Below are positions 1 to 7,871 of a DNA stretch of 7,871 bases, in pieces. The notes beneath the pieces are model-generated. The model was not told the origin of the DNA. It ran no database searches and saw only the letters and a program-made list of their open reading frames with translations. This stretch comes from a virus. Taxonomy: Duplodnaviria > Heunggongvirae > Uroviricota > Caudoviricetes. The position numbers and the translations under genes were made by a program. Within the stretch, counting starts at the first letter, position 1. Every line of letters begins with the position of its first letter. The stretch lies in IMG/VR virus record IMGVR_UViG_2537562194_000038, one strand, 5' to 3'.

Positions 1-276
1 TCGCAAACGACGAAAACTACGCTTTAGCAGCTTAATAACCTGCTTAGAGCCCTCTCTCCCTAGCCTCCGCTCTTAGGACGGGGATCAAGAGAGGTCAAAC
101 CCAAAAGAGATCGCGTGGAAGCCCTGCCTGGGGTTGAAGCGTTAAAACTTAATCAGGCTAGTTTGTTAGTGGCGTGTCCGTCCGCAGCTGGCAAGCGAAT
201 GTAAAGACTGACTAAGCATGTAGTACCGAGGATGTAGGAATTTCGGACGCGGGTTCAACTCCCGCCAGCTCCACCA
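1..276 (+). ncRNA. ssrA: tmRNA (SsrA), 3' portion; 5' end lies upstream of the window
   Basis: Sequence matches, from memory, the E. coli ssrA 3' region including the tag-reading-frame neighbourhood and the tRNA-like 3' end GGTTCAACTCCCGCCAGCTCCACCA ending at 276. Confidence 0.95.
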
Positions 277-400
277 CTTTAAGAAGGACTACAACCGGAC
301 AGTAGCAATAAATACAGCCACTTACGGACACAAGCCAGACAGTAGTCGGACTGAAAAAAGACAAAAATATACACGTGAAATGCACGTGCACTTCTAAAAA

Positions 401-428
401 CCCCTAGTTATCACCGACTGGGTTTTTT
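401..428 (+). terminator. Possible intrinsic terminator downstream of ssrA
   Basis: Imperfect hairpin (CCC-T-AGT / ACTGGG, 8-nt loop) followed by TTTTTT at 423-428. The stem is short and bulged, so this is weak. Confidence 0.3.
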
Positions 429-482
429 CAATTTGTAACTAAGGGTAACAAAAACACCCCCGTTTTTTTCATCTCACTCACC

Positions 483-511
483 TTGATACTGTTTATTTGT
501 ACAGTTAAAAA
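483..511 (+). promoter_or_regulatory. Putative sigma70 promoter of the dinI-like gene
   Basis: -35 TTGATA at 483-488 (5/6 to TTGACA), 17-bp spacer, -10 TAAAAA at 506-511 (4/6). It overlaps LexA box 1. The -10 assignment is uncertain in this A/T-rich run. Confidence 0.4.
487..506 (+). promoter_or_regulatory. LexA box 1 (SOS operator)
   Basis: TACTGTTTATTTGTACAGTT contains CTGT-N8-ACAG (CTGT 489-492, ACAG 501-504) within the TACTG(TA)5CAGTA-type consensus. Confidence 0.8.
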
Positions 512-514
512 TAA

Positions 515-534
515 TACTGTATACAAACACAGTA
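515..534 (+). promoter_or_regulatory. LexA box 2 (SOS operator)
   Basis: TACTGTATACAAACACAGTA is a near-perfect LexA consensus (CTGT 517-520, ACAG 529-532), 13 nt upstream of the dinI-like ATG and overlapping the likely transcription start. Confidence 0.85.
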
Positions 535-547
535 CAGAGGGACTTTT

Positions 548-796
548 ATGCGTATTGAGATCTGCATAGCCAAAGAAAAAATGACTAAAATGCCAAACGG
601 TGCTGTGGATGCGTTAAAGGAAGAATTAACCCGACGCATCAGTAAACGTTATGACGATGTAGAGGTGATCGTAAAAGCCACCAGCAACGATGGCCTTTCT
701 GTTACGCGCACCGCCGATAAAGATTCTGCAAAAACTTTTGTTCAGGAGACGCTGAAAGATACCTGGGAGTCTGCTGACGAGTGGTTTGTTCGCTAA
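548..796 (+). CDS. DinI-family protein (prophage-encoded DinI-like, 82 aa)
   Basis: ATG at 548 with GAGGG Shine-Dalgarno at 537-541, stop TAA 794-796. The protein ([11 protein letters not shown]...[11 protein letters not shown]) aligns by eye with E. coli DinI (MRIEVTIAK...ETWESADDWFV). Two LexA boxes lie upstream. Confidence 0.9.
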   Translation: MRIEICIAKEKMTKMPNGAVDALKEELTRRISKRYDDVEVIVKATSNDGLSVTRTADKDSAKTFVQETLKDTWESADEWFVR

Positions 797-1123
797 TAAA
801 CACGTAAATCGGTAACGGCTGGAAATCATTCAATACTCGCACTATCGAAAGTTCACCAGCCAACCGCGACACGCTCTTACATACGAAGTGCCGCGCTTTC
901 CTTAATAATTTTTTAGCAGTACTGTGTAAATAATGAGCGACCTAATCCATGCATGACGCGTAGTGCCTATTGTGCATCTTTCTGCGTCTCTTTTTACTGG
1001 ACCCAAGCCAATGATGCTGGCGATACCATTCCCGCCAGGCCCACTTACAACAGTAAAATTCGGAGCTCTGCCTTTACATACAATACAATCTACCTAACAA
1101 ATATCCCCCGGACATTGCAACAC

Positions 1124-1149
1124 AAAAACCGGAGCCGGACTCCGGTTTT
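1124..1149. terminator. Bidirectional intrinsic terminator between the convergent dinI-like and tail-fibre units
   Basis: Stem CCGGAG (1129-1134) / CTCCGG (1140-1145) with 5-nt loop, A5 tract upstream and T4 tract downstream. On the minus strand it reads hairpin plus UUUUUGUG directly after the 89-aa ORF stop. Confidence 0.65.
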
Positions 1150-1163
1150 GTGAAGCTGTCGGG

Positions 1164-1433
1164 TTACTTCATCCCGCCAATATTTTCCCACGTCCCGTCA
1201 GCACGCAGGATTTGCAGCGGTCTTACCACGCACTGTATCTGCTTTTTATCCGCATCCAGTATCACCACCTGCGTGATTACCCTGTCCTGCTCCGGGATAA
1301 TGCCATTCTCATCTGACTCCAGGATGTCTGCCGGCTCCAGTCGCAGTTGTGCTGTAAGCGACTGCACGTGTTCACGGCCATCATGCTTTCCGCAACCACA
1401 CAGACGCTGCATAAGTTTTTTTAGTATATTCAT
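1164..1433 (-). CDS. Hypothetical 89-aa protein, translationally coupled to the tail fibre gene (in the position lambda tfa occupies, but not Tfa-like)
   Basis: ATG at 1433-1431 lies 1 nt after the stf stop (TGAcATG) with a strong AGGAG Shine-Dalgarno 6 nt upstream; stop TAA at 1166-1164. Protein MNILKKLMQRLCGCGKHDGREH...GGMK. The longer 133-aa ORF in the track would overlap stf by 130 nt and is not preferred. Confidence 0.65.
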   Translation of the reverse strand: MNILKKLMQRLCGCGKHDGREHVQSLTAQLRLEPADILESDENGIIPEQDRVITQVVILDADKKQIQCVVRPLQILRADGTWENIGGMK

Positions 1434-1434
1434 G

Positions 1435-2748
1435 TCATTCTCCTGTTCTGCCTGTATCACTGCCCACTTCATCCAGCCCCTTAACATCCTGCCACGGCCC
1501 GTCACCAAACCTGACCTGCAAATGCTGAAAAAAACCCTGAACCCGTGTGGCATCTTTGGGGTCAAGAAAGGTCAGTCCGGTGATGAGTGCGCCATCTGTA
1601 TCCGGGAACCAGCCATTGCTGTTTGTCTCAATAATGTTTCCGGCCCCACGACGGAACCGTATTTGCGTCTCCCCCGGGTCGCCCTTCGGCCCTCGAGGTC
1701 CGGTTGCCCCCACCGGGCCAGCCGCACCTGTTTCTCCTTTCGGTCCCTGTGGGCCTGCCGGGCCTGCCGCACCGGTATCTCCCTTTGGACCCTGAGGACC
1801 TGCATTTCCCGTCAGACCGGTCTCTCCCCGCTCTCCCCTGTCACCTTTCGGCCCCTGCGGGACTGCCGGACCAGCATCACCTGCCGGTCCCCGTTCGCCG
1901 GTTGCCCCGACAGGGCCGGTGTCACCGCGCTCTCCCTTATCACCCTTCGGCCCCTGAGGACCCGCGGGCCCCTGTTCCCCCTTTGGCCCGGGAGGTCCCA
2001 CCACGGTGGGGATTCGGTTTACGGCCTCTTCCGCCGCTATCCTGCTTTGTTCCGCTGACTGTGCGCTTTCTGCTGACTCCCGGGCTTTTTCTGTTGCGGT
2101 CGTTGCATCCCTGGCTGCATTACCGGCTGCACTTTCTGCCGTCTTTCTTGACAATTCAGCTTCTGCTGCACTTTGTGATGACTCACTGGCTTTTTGAGCG
2201 GCCGCAGAAGCCGAGGACGAGGACGCCTCCTCTGACTGCTTTGCAGCGGCTGCACTTTCTGCCGCCTGCCGGGCTGACTCCGATGCCTCCCCTGCTGAAG
2301 TGTCAGCATTTGCCGCGCTCTCTTCTGCCTGACTGGCTGATATGCCGGCATTCCTCGCTGACGTCTCCGCCTCTCCGGCATTCTTCTTCGCCTCCTCAGC
2401 GTGACGCGCCACCTCTTCCACCATCAGTTCAAAACGGCGCAGTGCCTCCGGCCGGACGTCATCCTCCGACATGGCACCGAGAAAATCATTCAGCGTACCG
2501 GGTTGAGAATCTTCATACACGGTGATGGTCCCGGCATGTGACGGCGGGAATCCTTCCACCAACAGAATGACTCTGTACTGACCGTACTCAACGTCCATGC
2601 TGTAACGACCGGCTTCATCCGGATTTTCAGAGGCCACCGTGTTCACCACCACCGTGCTGCTGGTCCGTCTGGCTTTCAGTTGAATGGTGCAGTTCTCTAC
2701 CGGTTTTCCTGTGCCGTCTTTCAGTACACCTGAAATCTTTACTGCCAT
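1435..2748 (-). CDS. stf: Side tail fibre protein (Stf-like) with Ala/Ser-rich linker and collagen-like Gly-X-Y domain
   Basis: N-terminus [28 protein letters not shown]... is near-identical to my recollection of the lambda Stf N-terminus. Start ATG 2748-2746 (the track's upstream GTG at 2754 is less likely), stop TGA 1437-1435. Contains 37 Gly-X-Y triplets and a distinct C-terminal domain. Confidence 0.92.
   Translation of the reverse strand: MAVKISGVLKDGTGKPVENCTIQLKARRTSSTVVVNTVASENPDEAGRYSMDVEYGQYRVILLVEGFPPSHAGTITVYEDSQPGTLNDFLGAMSEDDVRPEALRRFELMVEEVARHAEEAKKNAGEAETSARNAGISASQAEESAANADTSAGEASESARQAAESAAAAKQSEEASSSSASAAAQKASESSQSAAEAELSRKTAESAAGNAARDATTATEKARESAESAQSAEQSRIAAEEAVNRIPTVVGPPGPKGEQGPAGPQGPKGDKGERGDTGPVGATGERGPAGDAGPAVPQGPKGDRGERGETGLTGNAGPQGPKGDTGAAGPAGPQGPKGETGAAGPVGATGPRGPKGDPGETQIRFRRGAGNIIETNSNGWFPDTDGALITGLTFLDPKDATRVQGFFQHLQVRFGDGPWQDVKGLDEVGSDTGRTGE
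1666..1998 (-). repeat. Collagen-like Gly-X-Y triplet repeat coding tract within stf
   Basis: Protein residues 253-363 of the listed ORF: [12 protein letters not shown] ... GDP GET, 37 triplets with one interruption (VPQ, Val codon GTC at 1863-1861). The DNA shows the matching 9-bp-periodic G/C-rich pattern. Confidence 0.85.
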
Positions 2749-2759
2749 ATTCACCCCAC

Positions 2760-2785
2760 AAAAAAGCCCGCCTGAACCGGCGGGC
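2760..2785 (-). terminator. Intrinsic terminator downstream of lom
   Basis: On the minus-strand RNA: GCCCGCC-GGUUCA-GGCGGGC (7-bp GC stem) followed by UUUUUU (plus A6 at 2760-2765), 28 nt after the lom stop. Confidence 0.75.
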
Positions 2786-2812
2786 TGTCATAACACTGTG
2801 TTACCTGGCTAA

Positions 2813-3412
2813 TCAGAACTTATAACCGACACCCACGATGAAACCGTCAGTGCGCCAGTCGCCACTGCCGGAGCCTTCATAAGCAATATCAATGGCCACG
2901 GATTCGGTCGGGTTAAACTGCACGCCAGCCCCCCACGCCAGAGACGTGTTGCTGTGGCGACCGTCATCACTTCCGGTCAGCACATCGTGCGTTTTCCCCT
3001 TGTTGTCAGTTACGCGGAGATAATCCCCGGAGAAAGTCGACACACGGCTGTAAGCCACACCCGCCATCGCATACGCGCTGAACCATTCATTCACGCGCAC
3101 AGACGGCCCCGCCATTACGCTGAACCAGCGGTTACGAACGGAATCTTCATGCCAGCGGGTATCGCTGTAACGGGTAATCTGGCGATTCCTGTCTCCTGCA
3201 TAGCTGAATGACGTCACCAGCCCCAGTGTGTCCGTAAACTCATAACGGTATTTCACGTTAATTCCGTTCAGTTCATCGCTGCCAGAAACGTTCGTCGAGA
3301 CATGAAGATACCCCGCGCTCAGCGTGGACTGATGTTCAGACGCCCATGCAGGCGCACCGGATACGGCCAGACAAATGGCTGCGGACAAAATGGCGGCATA
3401 AAGTTTACGCAT
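2813..3412 (-). CDS. lom: Lom/Ail-family outer membrane beta-barrel protein
   Basis: 199-aa ORF with signal peptide [24 protein letters not shown] and a C-terminus ...[23 protein letters not shown] identical to my recollection of lambda Lom. GAGG Shine-Dalgarno before the ATG at 3412, stop TGA 2815-2813. Sits between J and stf as in lambda. Confidence 0.93.
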   Translation of the reverse strand: MRKLYAAILSAAICLAVSGAPAWASEHQSTLSAGYLHVSTNVSGSDELNGINVKYRYEFTDTLGLVTSFSYAGDRNRQITRYSDTRWHEDSVRNRWFSVMAGPSVRVNEWFSAYAMAGVAYSRVSTFSGDYLRVTDNKGKTHDVLTGSDDGRHSNTSLAWGAGVQFNPTESVAIDIAYEGSGSGDWRTDGFIVGVGYKF

Positions 3413-3436
3413 AATTACCTCTCGCTTTTCTGCAAT

Positions 3437-3460
3437 AAAAAAGGCGCCATTTCTGACGCC
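3437..3460 (-). terminator. Intrinsic terminator downstream of J (tJ-like)
   Basis: On the minus-strand RNA: GGCGUC-AGAAAU-GGCGCC (6-bp stem with one G-U pair) followed by UUUUUU, lying between the J stop (3479) and the lom start (3412). Confidence 0.6.
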
Positions 3461-3478
3461 CGTTCTGGGTTATAAAAT

Positions 3479-6953
<3,475 letters not shown>

Positions 6954-6995
6954 TCTGTCCCCCTCTCCTGTCTGATGTCTGAATCTGTTTATGCC

Positions 6996-7026
6996 AGAAA
7001 ACAACAGGCACCCCGGAGGGTGCCTG
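6996..7026 (-). terminator. Intrinsic-terminator-like hairpin just upstream of the J ribosome binding site
   Basis: Perfect 9-bp GC-rich stem CAGGCACCC / GGGTGCCTG (7005-7013 / 7018-7026) with 4-nt loop, followed on the minus-strand RNA by UUGUUUUCU. Lies 3 nt downstream of the putative 39-aa ORF stop. Confidence 0.6.
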
Positions 7027-7028
7027 TG

Positions 7029-7148
7029 TCATGACGGAATAAAATTTCTGAAACTCTTCACATTTCCGGCAATTGCCTGTAGCCGCAATAATGACGCTGC
7101 ATTACTTTTTTGATGCCTGAAAAATAACTCCATAACGTTAATCTTCAT
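7029..7148 (-). CDS. Putative small protein (39 aa) in the I-J intergenic insertion; hypothetical
   Basis: ATG 7148-7146 preceded by GGGAGAG (Shine-Dalgarno-like, about 5 nt spacing), stop TGA 7031-7029, hand-translated as MKINVMELFFRHQKSNAASLLRLQAIAGNVKSFRNFIPS. It lies in a roughly 38% GC islet between roughly 58-60% GC tail genes. Several rare codons, no recognisable homology, and below the ORF track's length threshold. Confidence 0.3.
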   Translation of the reverse strand: MKINVMELFFRHQKSNAASLLRLQAIAGNVKSFRNFIPS

Positions 7149-7156
7149 CGTTCTCT

Positions 7157-7193
7157 CCCGCAGCTCCGCTAACTCTGCGGGATTTTTTTATTT
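7157..7193 (+). terminator. Plus-strand terminator-like hairpin with T-tract, antisense to the 5' end of the 39-aa ORF
   Basis: Stem CCCGCAG (7157-7163) / CTGCGGG (7175-7181) with 11-nt loop, then TTTTTTTATTTT (7183-7194) on the plus strand. On the minus-strand mRNA the same hairpin sits directly 5' of the small ORF's Shine-Dalgarno. Confidence 0.4.
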
Positions 7194-7871
7194 TCATCCC
7201 CGCCCGATAACCACCACTTTCCCGTCTCCGCCCTCATCACGGGTGCTGATGTCCTGAGATATCCGTCGTGAACCAACCAGCATTTCACCATAAGGCACCG
7301 GCATCGGGTTCCCCTGGGCAATCATGTTATCCAGTGACGAAAAATACGTGTTCTGTTTACCGTTATCCGTTGCGCGGTAATCCGGTGTTTTTGCCTTCGG
7401 TGCCAGCATCTGGGCCACACCGCCCAGTATCATGCTGGCACCCAGTGAGAACAGCATCGTGGTGGCAGTCAGCCCTCCGGCACTCAGGGCTGCGCCCCAC
7501 AACGCCATCGTTGCGCCGGCGGTGAAGAAAGAGCCCACGATGGCTGCTGCCCCCAGCACAATCTGCAGTCCGCCCTTTCCGGCTCCGGCCAGTCGCGGCA
7601 CAATATGGATGACCGCCCCCTCACCCAGAGGTTCGTGAAGACGGGCGTACACCGCCTCCGGTGCCGTGTCCTCACCGCGAATACGTATCTGGTACCAGCC
7701 TTCGTTCATCTGACGGCGAAAGCCCGGCATCTGCAGCGACAGGGCACGAATGGCTTCCGCTGCCGTGTTCACGTACAGGCTGAGGCGGCGGCCAAATCGT
7801 TGCAAATCCCCGTGAAGGCAGATGCGTGCCAGTGGCGGTGACGCCAGACAGAATGCGTTCGTCGTTGCCAT
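7194..7871 (-). CDS. I: Tail assembly protein I
   Basis: 225-aa ORF; MATTNAFCLASPPLARICLHGDLQRFGRR...GKVVVIGRG aligns along its length with my recollection of lambda gpI. ATG at 7871-7869 (last bases of the window), stop TGA at 7196-7194. Confidence 0.92.
   Translation of the reverse strand: MATTNAFCLASPPLARICLHGDLQRFGRRLSLYVNTAAEAIRALSLQMPGFRRQMNEGWYQIRIRGEDTAPEAVYARLHEPLGEGAVIHIVPRLAGAGKGGLQIVLGAAAIVGSFFTAGATMALWGAALSAGGLTATTMLFSLGASMILGGVAQMLAPKAKTPDYRATDNGKQNTYFSSLDNMIAQGNPMPVPYGEMLVGSRRISQDISTRDEGGDGKVVVIGRG

Noticed and set aside
444-470. Second candidate terminator (GGGT...ACCC followed by T7)
   Set aside because: The stem is only 4 bp with a 9-nt loop, so the T-run alone is not enough evidence.
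626-829. 67-aa minus-strand ORF
   Set aside because: It is antisense to the well-supported dinI-like gene and has no ribosome binding site or homology.
918-937. Possible third LexA box (TACTGTGTAAATAATGAGCG)
   Set aside because: Only the CTGT half-site is present; the distal half is TGAG rather than ACAG.
953-1153. 66-aa plus-strand ORF in the dinI/tail-fibre spacer
   Set aside because: No Shine-Dalgarno, low-complexity unusual composition, and it reads straight through the bidirectional terminator hairpin at 1129-1145.
1164-1565. 133-aa version of the ORF downstream of stf, starting at 1565
   Set aside because: It would overlap the last 130 nt of stf. The internal ATG at 1433 has a strong AGGAG Shine-Dalgarno and stop-start coupling with stf, so the 89-aa form is preferred.
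1150-2525. Plus-strand ORFs 1150..2058 (302 aa), 1547..1795, 1704..2525 (273 aa), 2006..2197 and minus-strand 1572..1805 and 2037..2381
   Set aside because: They overlap the stf coding region in other frames or on the opposite strand. Their Pro/Arg/Ser/Gln-rich composition is the signature of out-of-frame reading through the Gly-X-Y and Ala/Ser-rich repeats.
2749-2754. Upstream GTG start (MNM...) for stf at 2754
   Set aside because: The ATG at 2748 matches the lambda Stf N-terminus (MAVKISG...) and has a GGGGTGA Shine-Dalgarno-like sequence at suitable spacing.
6954-7004. N-terminal extension of J to a TTG at 7004 (MFSGINRFRHQTGEGDR...)
   Set aside because: The extension has no homology and passes through the J Shine-Dalgarno and the U-tract of the upstream hairpin. 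The GTG at 6953 aligns with the lambda J start.
7211-7220. 10-nt match (CCACCACTTT) to the ssrA 3' end and flank (271-280) inside gene I, considered as a possible att-core duplicate
   Set aside because: The match does not extend on either side and lies inside conserved I coding sequence (KVVVIG region), so it is most likely chance.

Overview
The window starts in the 3' ~276 nt of the tmRNA gene ssrA (+ strand) and then runs into the tail end of a lambda-like prophage (E. coli/Shigella-like), with the phage genes on the minus strand. Reading right to left: tail assembly protein I (complete, 7871..7194), a 240-bp AT-rich I-J spacer holding a putative 39-aa ORF flanked by two terminator-like hairpins, host-specificity protein J (6953..3479, broken by two -1 frameshifts), a terminator, a Lom/Ail-family outer-membrane protein, a terminator, an Stf-like side tail fibre with a collagen-like Gly-X-Y tract, a translationally coupled 89-aa ORF of unknown function, and a bidirectional terminator. 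Between ssrA and the tail-fibre unit sits a plus-strand DinI-like gene behind two consensus LexA boxes. No CRISPR array, rRNA, tRNA, integrase or transposase was seen. All homology calls are from my memory of lambda I, J, Lom, Stf and E. coli DinI and ssrA, not from a database search. The least explained part is the I-J spacer module; I see no strong evidence of a complete novel multi-gene system.
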